The notes: a model not told the origin generated them from the letters alone. DNA of 20,000 nucleotides from Folioceros fuciformis (GCA_049999805.1 JBNGIO010006099.1:344902-364901), one strand, 5' to 3'; counted from the first letter of the stretch, positions 1 to 11,219 are shown. Program-made: numbers and translations.

Positions 1-3000
1 AGCACAGAGAAGGGGGACTCCTGAGTGTGAACTACCATCGCCTTCCTCCTTGTGGAGAATCAAGTCCCCCGCTGCTGTATTCTGCCTCACTTGGGCATCT
101 TATGGATGGGAGGGATGATGCTCCTTCGATTAGGGGCGGATTCTTGTGCGAGGAGATGGGACTGGGAAAAACTATTGAGGTGAGCCGCCTGGACCCAACG
201 TGTCCTTATTAAGTCTTCGCACTGTAGGCGAACTCAATCAAACTCTTCTTCCTAGTGTCTAATGTACCTTGTCTGCAGATTTTAGCTCTTATACTGGCAA
301 ATCCTTGTTCCATAGAAAAATGCTCGGCTGTACCTGCCTTTTCGAAGGGAACTCTCAGTAGGTCTTTTGACTTCTCCAGTATTGTGAACCTTGAGTCTTT
401 TGAAGGCATGGCGACTGAAAAGTTGATACTTCGTGTTTTCTCAAGTTGTATGCCCAGTTTCAATAGTTGGACAATGGGCCAATGAAGTGAAAAGCAAACT
501 AGCAGCAAATCTCAGCATTTACATGTATCATGGATCCAAGAGGTAACAACAACCACTTTTTGGGTCAGAATGATCTCCAGCTCACCTTTCAAGACTCCAA
601 CCCTGATTCATCTTGGATAACTTCGTTGTGCAGGATCAGAGATCCCAAGAAGCTTGCCAAATTTGATATTGTTAGTGTTTGTACCATGTGTTTGAACTTT
701 ATACCTCACTCCAGCATAAGCTGGAAGGAATTTCTCAATAATCAGACCCCCATCTGCTTACTAGGTGATCACAACATATGCGACTTTAGGAAGCGACTTC
801 AGCAAGGCGACACAGGCAACAAGGCACGGTGCTGGATTTGCTGAGCAGTTCTGTCCTCTACTTACTGTCAACTGGTGGAGGGTTGTTCTTGATGAGTCTC
901 ACACTGTGAGTTCTTTGTACAAAATATTGCTGTATTTTCATGAAAGACTTGTCAAGCAAATAGCGGGCGATACCGGGAAATGTGACCAGTCACTAAGATC
1001 TTATTCCGAAAATCTTTTGTTTTAAGGTCAAGGACCCTGCACCACTGCACTCCCGTGCTTGTGCGAAGCTGAAAGCAGATAGGAGGTGGTGCTGCACTGG
1101 AACACCTATTAATACGAGCATCTATGATCTTTATGGACAGGTGAGTTCCTGCTACAGCTTTGCTCCTTGCCCAAAGGAAATTCTGGGGTCCTGTCCGAAT
1201 TTCGTCTACGGGACTGGTCCATTTGATTGCTCTAAAAGCTTTCCTATAAAGAATGTGCGATTTTCAATCTCTGCCTGCATACTAAGAGGCTTAATGTTTT
1301 TCGGAACCCGAAGTAGTTTATAAAATGACTCTTTATATAAAATTTGAAGACGCATGTGAAGAATTGAAAGATGCCTAACCGTGTCCGGAGTGGGGATTTT
1401 AAAAGCTCTTCTCTAATTTCAACACCTGTTCTCTAGTTGACACCAAATATGCCCCTTGTAATTAAAATGTAAAGAACTGGCTGGACCCATGCGGTGCAGT
1501 TTCTGTTTCTGAAGTTGGAGCCACTGGATAACAAAGGAATCTTTCGGAGAAGAATTGGTCGGCCTTATGAACGACATTGTAAAAGTGATGATCAAACAGT
1601 TCTCTTATGGACCCTGAATAAGGTGAGTGAATGGAGTTACTCAAAACATATTCAATGAATCTCAATCAGCTTAATCTTGGGTATAATCTTTCATGTCCTC
1701 TTGAGCAACAGGATCAAGGAAACCTGCAAGTTACTGCTCCGTTGGAAGTCTATGAGCTTAATTTCTGCAGAATTGAAAGTAACACAAGTTCTTGGTCAGC
1801 CTCAAGTCTGTCTGGTATAGAACCAATACCTTGAGACCTGAGCCTGTTGATGATGGAAATGACTTTCAGATGATGATCCGACACACTAAGCAGCAAAAGT
1901 TTAACGGGAGGGAGCTTCTTAGGCTGCCACCTAAAACTGAGCAAGACATTCCAGTGAGATTTACTTTAGAGGAACGCACTGCTTATGAGACTGTGTATCA
2001 GAAGGTGATCACAAAGTTTGAAGAGTTTCGGTGCTGGGGCCCAACTGTAGTGAGCAAGAATATCCTGCAGATAATGTCACTTCTTCTACCTCTACGGAGG
2101 TATGCAACATGTCGGTGCAAGCTTGAACTTGAAAAACACAGTAGTCACTGTAAACTTTGTGGTCTGCGATGTGCTCTGTTCTTTGCTTGTAAAAGACACA
2201 GCTTGTCAAACCGTCATGGAAAAGAGTCTTAAAAGAGCTTAAAAGTTTTCATGTGGCAGACGTCCCTGATCTGATGCTTGATAGCATGAACAACAACTGC
2301 GTTTGTATGCTCTTCTGCATGTGAGTGATGCCGTCTTGACACGGCCCAAACAGACCTGGAAGATGTGTGAACCTGAAACTTGGTTTCTTATTCCGCAGGC
2401 TTTGCAGTGGAGGATTCGTCTCTGATCTTGAGCTCAGTATGCAGCACAAGAGCGAGCCAAACAGTGCTGGAGCCGCGTCGGATTTCTGTCCAAGCACTTC
2501 GTCTCCATCATTGACAACTGAAACGGGCTTGGGAGATCCTCAAGGAGAATGCGGAATCTGTTTTGAATTAATGGAATGTCCAACAAAGACGCCTTGTGGC
2601 CACTGGTGATTACCTTACTCGGCTGTGCTTCATTCTTGCGCGTTCAATTCTTGTCAATCTGAAGGTTGCAGGCTCAGCTGACTACGTTCCTTGCGAACTC
2701 TTGATTCTAGCTTAGGGGAACTCTCATTGCCTTCCGAAATCCGCGATGATCTCTGCAGGTTTTGCTGTGAATGTGTCATGTCAGCCCTTGGCATTGGTTC
2801 CGAGGCCTGTCCAGTTTGTAGAAGTGCACTCACAGCTTCCCAGCTCGTCACGCATCAGCCGAAGTTGAAAGATGCTGCTTTGCCCCTCGTGGATCTTGCT
2901 TCCTTCGAGGAGCTTGCTCCGTTCTCCGGTAGCAGGCCGGACGATGTTGACACCATTAAGGGAGTTCAGATGGACTCCAAACTGAAGGTTCTGCTGGCAG

Positions 3001-4131
3001 ATCTTGCTAAAATCAGGCAGGAAAATGAAGGAGCCAAGGTACATAGACACTACAACATGACTGAGTGTTTCTTTGTCTCTGTGTTTCATTTGACACCAAT
3101 CTGCTTTTGCCCAGGTTCTTATCTTCAGCCAGTTTATGCAAACAATTGCCTGGTTGAAGAGCGAATTCAAGAAACAAGGAGTTAATTACAGGTTCATCAG
3201 CGGAGACATGCCCATGAAGAAGCGGGCTCAGGCCATTGAAGCCTTTCAAAAGGTGCACTCTGGTTCTGTCGTTTACGTCGATGTGTGTGAGCTTGTTGAC
3301 AAATGTTTAACGGTTTGGTCAGTCACCTGCTAGGCAATAGCTTCACATGGTCTCGTTCGACTGCTCACAGGATCCACCCACAACAGTATTTCTCCTCTCC
3401 ATTCGCACAGGTGCAGTGGGAATCACGCTCACGGCAGCATCCCATGTCTATATGGTGAGGACTAGCCGGCCAAATACAATTGTTTCTTGACGCCCTTGTC
3501 CCTGCTGCACAGCCCGATTTTTTCGTCGTACTGATTCAAAGCTTTGAACGTCTGTGACATCCGCGTCTGCCCAACGCTGGACATCAGCTGGAGCCATGCC
3601 TGAACCCAGCGGTAAGCTTCTGGTCCAGCCAAATCCAGGATATCCTCAACGTATGTATGTCAATCGGACCCACTCTTTTATAATGCGAAACCGTGTCCTA
3701 CAGCTCGAGGAGCAGGCCGTTGGTCGGTGCTGGAGAATGGGGCAGGAGCGGCCAGTGGTCATCAAACGGTAATAGGACCCAATCAGGCGTCTTGGCTGTG
3801 AAGAACGTGTTCAATCAGGAGAATCTTACGCTCCCTAACATGTTCCAGACTATTTGTGGAGGACTCTGTGGAGGCCAACATCCTGAAGCTTCTGCGCACC
3901 CGATCATCCCATGCAAGTCTCTCAAGCTCTCAGGATTCTGATTCTACAAGCAGGTTCGACATGCTCTGTACCCTGGACTCAGGCTTGTTTCAACTTGCTG
4001 TCTCGACTAATCAGCAATCCATTTCTGACAGGCCTAAAGGTACTAAGAATGGTGCCGGAGATGTTGCTGGCTGCATCAGGACCGACAAACAGAATCTCAG
4101 GCTAAATGAGTTTGAAATTCTGTTCTCATGA
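1..4131 (+). CDS. SNF2-family helicase-like ATPase with C3HC4 RING finger (RAD5/RAD16/SHPRH-like group); 5' end lies upstream of the window
   Basis: Hand-spliced GT-AG exons: <3-179, 279-357, 446-542, 634-670, 765-905, 1027-1140, 1500-1622, 1870-2099, 2399-2605, 2759-3038, 3115-3252, 3371-3454, 3588-3611, 3704-3768, 3849-3953, 4032-4131 (2001 nt, frame closes at TGA 4129-4131). Motifs: I GGFLCEEMGLGKT, Ia TLIVCPVSIVGQW, VITTY, II WWRVVLDESH, III WCCTGTP, RING CGIC..CGHWFCCEC..CPVC between the two RecA lobes, IV KVLIFSQF, V LLSIRTGAVGITLTAASHV, VI QAVGRCWRMGQ. The last intron (3954-4031) is in-frame and less certain. Confidence 0.92.
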
Positions 4132-4409
4132 AAGGCGTATGAAAGGCGTTTGATAGTACATACCTTGATGCCAAATCCAAATCCCTTAACTGATATTCTT
4201 TCCTGCCCATCAGGCAAAGCAGGTTTCAGTATACCTGGCTGCTGTAATGTGGCAGAAGGTTTAAAGCCTTTGTAAATTCTGTTCGCTCCACTAGCAGGTG
4301 CTTGGTGTAACATTGCCGGAGCAACTGAAGCAAAACCCATGGTGCATGATACAAGTGAGTTTTGCCCAGTGCCCAAGCACGAGCCAGAGGCCACCATATT
4401 CCGCTCACA

Positions 4410-7400
4410 TTAACTCGTTTTCCTAGAGGCCTTCTTTCCCTTCTTCTGGCCTTGCTTCATTTTAGTCAAACCAGGAGCTGTCACTTTCACGTTTCCAATC
4501 ATAGCTGCAGCCATCTCTGGTTCCGTTATTGCCTTCATCAATTCCTTCTCTCGTGGAGTGGCTTCTGGCATGCGACTGAAAACGTCCAACGCAGTTTTAG
4601 CCCCTGCACAAACGAAACTTGAATAAGAGCCCTGGACATGTACATCTACACAAAGGAAGTACTATGTAAGCAGCCACCACCTTTTCCTTTCTTTGCGGCT
4701 CCAGGAGTGAGTTTAACACGGAACTTGTATTGTTGGAGAGCACTATAAGGTCCACAAACAGGCACAGCATATAGCAGTACGTCGTCAGATACAGGGTTCC
4801 CCGTTAAGGTATCAAGCTCGGTCAACCTCAATCTTTGCTCTTCACTGAGCTGAACAATATTTTCCTCTGCTTGGATGGCTGCTATCTCTTCCTCCGCTAC
4901 CTTTGCACGTGCTTTCCGTCTGAGACCCTCAACAACCTTGCCGCCACCTTGATATGCCACTACATCAGGTTGTGAAACAACATCGGTGTTTGATTCGCTT
5001 GCTTGGTCACCTTTGTTTAAGCTACTACCAATTGCCTTAGAACTTTCCGTCTCCACCACATGACGGGTCCCTTCGCTGATCTCTGTGAGACAATCTCGAG
5101 CTACATGACCAGACTTCTTACACTTGTAGCAAATTTTTGAATCCTCTTCTACGACGGTACCTGCCATAAAACGAAACAAATGGCACACCTTTCATAAAAC
5201 TGCAAAAAAGTAGCTGCCATGCCTAAAGTCAAGACATCAACCTGAACCGAAAATACCAGCTGGCTTACGGTTTCCCTGCAAAACTTTTCCCTTCTTTCCT
5301 CCAGCTAATGACATCTCTTCTTTCCTTCCCACAGACTGCCAAAAGAAAACATCTCAAATTTAACCAAAAAGAACTTCACAAACATGCTAGTTCTAGCAAA
5401 TAAGAAGATACAGCAAAGGGAAGAGGTAACACAAAAATTTTGCATGCCTTAAACAAAGACTTCTTCAGCTGACGTTCTTCCTCATCCTGGTCGTCATATT
5501 TCTCCTTGATTTTCTTCATCTTTCCCTTTTTGCCACGAACTGGCTTCCCTTGCCCGTCCGACCCTCTTGCATTTTTGGCACTGGCAGAAACATCCTGCTC
5601 ATCTTCAACTTGGTCTGCAGGGTCGTCTTGCTCAGTAGCCACCGAAGCCTCCACCTCTACTGCCTTTCCCGTTTTTTTCAATCTCCTTCTTTCTGCCTTG
5701 GATAAATATGGCCTGTCTCGCTGTACAAACTTTGAGTCCGTGTCGGCTGGTGTAGGCTCAGCCGGTTGGTGAGTATCTAGACCATACTTGGTTACATGAC
5801 TTGCTGGCTTGGGCACTGCCCGAAGCTCCAGGGCTTTATCAAGGAGGTCATCTAAAGTAGAAGACTCTTCCTCAGATGTGTCACTACCATCATCTCCAGC
5901 GGGTTCAACAGCAGAGATTTCTTCATCCAGTGCTGGTTCATTGCGCTCATGTCTTTCATCAACAACCTCCACATTCGACTTCTCACCTTCTGTCAGTGTT
6001 CCTTCTTCGTCAGCACTAGCTTCCTCATCAAGCTCACCACCCTCATCGTGGTCAACTAAGTAGCGCCCAGCATCCACTACCAGGTCTTCTTCACCTTTAC
6101 GCAAAGTCTTTCTGGTGTTCATATGACTACTTGACCTTTCATCTTCATCCTCTGCAATCTCATTGTCCTCGTTTTCCCCCTCAGCTTCACCTCTGATTCT
6201 CCTTTCATTGAGGTGTGAACCAATAGAACTCTCATCAAACCGAAATAGCAAACCAAAACCCATGACCAGTGGATGTGGAGGAAGGAAGTTCTTTGCTCCT
6301 CGCACCATGAAGCTGCCAACTGTGAGATACTCACCAGTTGGAGCTGTCTTACTAACTTGATGGTCGTAGACCCACCATGCACTCGTCACAATCTTTGAGT
6401 CCCACGCTTGACTTCGGCAAACCTGGAGTAGCATACACCTACACTGGATGAAAGACATGCACCTGATTCTGCAAGAGATATAAGCATGGATCTGACACTA
6501 GACAAGCTCAGATCCAACTAAATCCGATTACAGAGAACAGCTACGCGCAGAATACCGTGAAAGACCCTGCTTGATTGATTGTAAGCGGTGGAATGGATCG
6601 AGAGGGTTCGTGGTTCTTGATAACAGTACTTGATGCTCCATGTAATTCAGCATGCACATAACTGCTTGCACAAGACGTTGAATGGTAACAAAGCAGCAAG
6701 ACTCATTAATAGAAACGAATCGAACGTACCAAACAGATTCATCTGGTTCTGCGACTTACATGTCACCCTTCTTCATGTAGCGTTTGACCACCAATTCATT
6801 CTGCTGTGCATCACGTCCACTTATGACCAGATAGTTTTCACTGCTCACGAACCAGTTGAACTTCTCGAACCAATGTACCTTGCGAAGGTGGGAGATTGCA
6901 GCAACACTCTTGGCCTGCTAATACAAAGTGATTGCCCGATTAGCATTGCCCATGAATGAACGAGGAACACAGCAACATTGCCATACATATTTATGACCTG
7001 TGCAAGTTGCTGTTGGGTCTTCCTTTCTGCAGCTTTAAAAGCCTTCTCGTGTGCAGCCTCAGTCTTCTCTTGTTTGACAGCATGCTTCTTTTTCATCTCA
7101 AACCATTTACGGGCATTTGCATGTGCAGAAAGTGCAAGATCTATCTCCACCTAAGACCACGATAACACTAGTTCAGTCTACAAGAGCAGTTCAAATACTG
7201 TTGCAACAGTTGATGTAGAACAAGCTACCTTGTCTGCAGGCGTAGTTTTCTCATCTTCACCCATATCATCAAGGTTGTTACTCAGCAGTAATGTAATTTG
7301 ATTCTTGTCTAGCTGCAAACTGTGAATTGACCCTGCCACAGGATTCCCTGCCTTTTTCTCATCCTTTATCATTCTAGCGAGATCCTTCCAATCCATGCCA

Positions 7401-9376
7401 CTGGCAAGCGCTGATCTCACAGCACCAATGGCTGCATCGACCTCGTCTAGATTGTATTCAACAAGCTCAGCCATCCGGACGGATTGATCTACCTCTTTCT
7501 TCAATGCTTGCACCCTGTTTGACTGCAAAACAAAGCAGTGGGATAACACTCGTCAAAGACGTGCAAGACAACAATCTGGTTCGGCCAGAACACAGACATG
7601 CATACCTGGTCAGCTCGAATTTTCTCCAGCTTTGAGAAGGCACTGTTCTCCTGTGACAGCCTTTGCTGCTCTGCTCGTTGTCCCTCAATCTTGCTGAAGA
7701 AATCATCCATTGCAGCATCAAAGCTTCCATACATAGACCTTTCACGGTCAGCAAGCTGTTGCAAAGGAAGTGGAGCAAACTCATCGTATAACTGTGATAG
7801 ACAGCCATACAGAGATTGTTGTCCGTCAGTAGACACAGCTGCAGGAGACGCATAGCTACAGTACTGCACCTCCAAAGAAGCTTTTGCAGAAGAACTAGAT
7901 CAGCTCAAGCAGACAATGTTCTGGCATCAAGTTCATGCTAGGAAGAACATTTGGAGACAAAGATATCACACCATGCAGAGGAGGTCACCTTTTGCAATTC
8001 ATCACCCTCCTCAACTGCAAAAGAATGTTTTTTCCTAGTGTTCTCTTTCTTCTTCATGAAAATATAGCCTTCTGGAACAATCAATCCCTTGACTACATTC
8101 TCCAGCCAATCCTCAAACCTCACCACTGCAGATACCAAGGCATCAAACGAATCATCAGGAAGGCTTCTGTCCATGTTCCCTTGCAGACCTCCAGTCAGGA
8201 GGATATGCTCTGTTAATGCTGGTCCGTATCCCAGGCTCTCTGACAGAAGAGCTTTCAGAGTTCCACGGCCCCCTTTTGCCTCCCCTTTCTTTCCCCGTTT
8301 GTCTATATTTCCTTCAGAATTATCTTTCTCTTTAAGCTCCACGGGACCTTCCTGCTCAGGAGAGCCTGACTCAAGGGATTGCCGTATCTTTTCAGACGAA
8401 GTTCGTGAAAATAGCCGGCAAGTATTGATAGGATATCGATGGCGTGCCATCATTGTCACGCCTTTGTCATCATCCCTGAGTAAGCCCAGAAAGGATTCGG
8501 ATGAATTAAGCAACCACAGGAGGAAGGGGAATGAAATGCAGGAAAGCAAGAACCAAAAAGCTAACCTGTGAGATCGAAGTAAGGTAAGGACGCTGTAGTT
8601 CCCATCTGTAAGAAGAACGTTCCCCTGAGCATAAAGCTCTAGTATGATATGATGAGCACTATCTCCTAGTCCAAACTGAAAGTCCACAACCTGCCAATGG
8701 TTCAAGATCACAGTTTCAGAGTCAACCAGAGAACCATTACAGGCTGAGCAACCACCTCGTCGTTCAGGGACTAGGAGGTGTAAGTACTGTACTCTATCAA
8801 TGCCCAGTTGTCGAACATCCTCCAACCTCCGCGTTCTGATATGCTTTCTCAGCTTCAGTGTGAATCCAGATGGAGTTGAGCTTTTGTCTCTACAGAAAGC
8901 TAGCATCAATAAAGGCTAATGGTCCATCAACGAAACAAGGGGAGAACCCCTGAGATGGTGAATAGTAAATGGAGACTAGAAAACATGTGCACATTGGACA
9001 TATCCGTACCGAGAAAACACTGTGGTATGCAAACGGACGCCACTTTCCAACAACACCAATACTTTTTCACTCTCCCCTGATTCAGCCAACCCACTGCTCT
9101 TGGCGAGCTTGATCACATAAGTCTGCAGGGTTCCCACAGTGTTGTACCGGGTTAAGGTATCACAAAATCACCACAGCCAAACCTTGCAAACCTTGTGAGG
9201 CACTGTGTACTGCAAAGAGTCGGGCAGCCTCAAGGAGGACATCCAAGCAAAGCAGGCATAGATTGTCTCACCCTTGGCGTCAGGTCATAAATATTGGCAC
9301 AACGCATGCCTATAAGCTTCCTCAGGCAGGACACTTCAGCTGCCACGTCGGCGGTGGTCATTCGCATCTTCACCAT
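4410..9376 (-). CDS. NEMF: Ribosome quality-control complex subunit NEMF/Rqc2 (NFACT-N, coiled coil, NFACT-R, CCHC zinc knuckle, NFACT-C), about 1182 aa
   Basis: 14 exons on the minus strand: 9376-9272, 9122-9010, 8889-8793, 8690-8566, 8475-7989, 7791-7606, 7522-7229, 7150-6998, 6914-6760, 6661-6556, 6422-5448, 5335-5257, 5160-4681, 4603-4410 (3549 nt, TAA at 4412-4410). Diagnostic segments: [146 protein letters not shown]. Confidence 0.95.
5336..5447 (-). other. Probable GC-AG intron (NEMF intron 11, 112 nt)
   Basis: Donor AAG|GCATGC and acceptor TTTTGGCAG|TCT give a phase-0 join KSLFK|SVGR. The nearest phase-0 GT alternative (TTT|GTGTTA) is a poor donor. Confidence 0.65.
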
Positions 9377-9648
9377 CTTCGTTTGCCGTGTTATGCCGAC
9401 TGAACAAGGCTGGGGCAGAACTGCAAAATTCTTATGCACACAGAGTCCACCTTCGGACGAGCAATTCACAAACGACCCCGTACGTCATGAATTGACCTAA
9501 TATGCGGTGAGGCCCTGTTGCAGCAATTGCGCGCAGATTGGTTCGTAAATAAACGTACTGCACGGCCCTGCAGGTGCCTTACTCTGTAGGAGACTTGTCC
9601 GGCGGTGGGAGGGCATTGTCGGGTTATTTCGGATCCCTATCGGTAGCC
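9377..9648. promoter_or_regulatory. Putative bidirectional promoter and 5'UTR region shared by NEMF and APC13
   Basis: Only 272 bp separate the two divergent start codons (9376 on minus, 9649 on plus), so both 5'UTRs and core promoters must fit here or overlap. No transcription start site can be mapped from sequence. Confidence 0.6.
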
Positions 9649-10053
9649 ATGGCGGAGATGTTCCCCTGTCTGCTTCTGGACATCGTGGATGAAGAGTGGG
9701 CAAGAGACACTCTGCCTAACGACGGTACTCCTTCTTCCCGCTCACCCTCGATTATTACTCAAGGCAGAGAGGTATTTGTGGCTCGGGTCCTCTCTTTCTC
9801 TCGTACGCTTCACCGTTGCCGTTGTGGTCTTCAGATATTCCTCTGCCTTCTGGTGTGGCACCTCCCGCAGACGAGATTGATGAGAACAGTAAGTTGTGCA
9901 ACTCCTCTGCTTGCGAACGCACTGCGTACGAAGTAATGAGCCGCTCCTCACGGGATGAAGTCGTTTTCGTTCGCTATGTCATTTGCAGACCAGGAGCAGC
10001 AGCTGGCTAATCAGGACAAGTGGGGGGAGCTTGGACTCCACACTATTCAGTGA
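9649..10053 (+). CDS. APC13: Anaphase-promoting complex subunit 13 (64 aa)
   Basis: Exons 9649-9724, 9835-9888, 9989-10053 with GT-AG introns give MAEMFPCLLLDIVDEEWARDTLPNDDIPLPSGVAPPADEIDENNQEQQLANQDKWGELGLHTIQ*. This matches the plant Apc13 pattern (LxDIVDEEWxRDTLPxDDxPLP...WxxLxL) and size. The start is in good context (GCCATGG). Confidence 0.93.
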
Positions 10054-10376
10054 CACATCCTTGTGACGATCCGTGAGGCACCCGCAAGCATGTAGGAACC
10101 AAGAGGGCAAATGGCCTGCCCTTGGGCGTCCCGTCGAAGCGCTAGCGAACTGTATCTGATCTGCTACGATGGCGGAATGATCTACATGTGAAGCAGCACA
10201 GTAGGAGTAAGAGTCCAGTGAGACAGAAGTGAAAGAGAGGAAGGATTGTGGAATTCTACCGCACGAATGTGCTAGTGTACAAAAGCGCCACCTACTGGTA
10301 TCACATGCACGGCTTCTTCCGTTTGGCAAGATGCTGCCCTAGCTTGTCCCAGCCACCCCAGCTTCAGTTAACTCGA

Positions 10377-11219
10377 TCAGGCACGGGCAGCATCCCTAAT
10401 ACACATGAGATTGAGCTTGATATCGTTGCTCAATCTGGACTCGAGGAGACCTACAGGCAACCAAATCTTAGGCTGCACTTCCACTACGTAGGTTAGGAGA
10501 GTTGTGGACACTTCACATCTGGCCTCCTCCATCGTCCAGGTGCCGGAAAACAGCTCAAAGTCCCCCTTGACCATCTGAAAGTCCAGGTTTCTCCGGACTC
10601 CATTGCGAATCTCGAGAGGGTGCTCCGTGATCTCCATCACAGCCTCTGCCTTAAACATTATGCCGAACGCCAAATCCTGCTTCCCAACCTGCCTGATGAG
10701 CGCCCGGTGATGCCCCTTCTCCAACAGCTCGCTGACAGCCAAGCCGGGGATGAAATCTGCCAGCCTATTGTAATTTGTGAGAATCCCCCACACGGTCTCG
10801 AGAGGGGCTCCGATGGAAATGGAGGCCGCAATGCGTCGCTTGTTCTTTCCCATTTTCTCCACCGTGACACAAGGAGCGTCCACCAACCCGTCCTCCCCCT
10901 GGTGCATGAAATGCTGTGCCTGTTCCAAGCTCTGTGCAGAGATGACGCTGGCAGTATGCTGGCCAGCCACAAAGAGCTGCCCGTTCCTGATCCTCGGGCC
11001 TTCACCTACCTTGCAGAAACCTCCCCCTCTCCACGCTCCTGCGCCCCAGCCACTGTCCTTCCCTGGCCATATGGTCCCCGGTGGAGAAGCCCTCCGGAAA
11101 ACCCCTTGCCGTGTGCAGCTCCTGGAGCTCCTCTCCTTCTCCTTCCAGAGAGCATGCTGCTGCTCCACAACGCGTCCACTTTGACAGCAGACGCCACAAG
11201 CAGCTGGCAAGCAATCCAT
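10377..11219 (-). CDS. Polyketide cyclase/dehydrase and lipid transport (START/SRPBCC, COQ10-like) family protein, 280 aa, single exon, with possible N-terminal organellar targeting extension
   Basis: Uninterrupted ORF containing RRIAASISIGAPLETVWGILTNYNRLADFIPGLAVS, LDFQMVKGDFELFSGTW and LTYVVEVQPKIWLPVGLLESRL, which is typical of the plant/cyanobacterial Polyketide_cyc family. The first 110 or so residues are poorly conserved-looking. Confidence 0.88.
   Translation of the reverse strand: MDCLPAACGVCCQSGRVVEQQHALWKEKERSSRSCTRQGVFRRASPPGTIWPGKDSGWGAGAWRGGGFCKVGEGPRIRNGQLFVAGQHTASVISAQSLEQAQHFMHQGEDGLVDAPCVTVEKMGKNKRRIAASISIGAPLETVWGILTNYNRLADFIPGLAVSELLEKGHHRALIRQVGKQDLAFGIMFKAEAVMEITEHPLEIRNGVRRNLDFQMVKGDFELFSGTWTMEEARCEVSTTLLTYVVEVQPKIWLPVGLLESRLSNDIKLNLMCIRDAARA

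Noticed and set aside
1141..1499. Possible MITE in the longer AT-rich SNF2 intron
   Set aside because: Only a 6-bp inverted match (GGGTCC/GGACCC); no convincing TIR or TSD.
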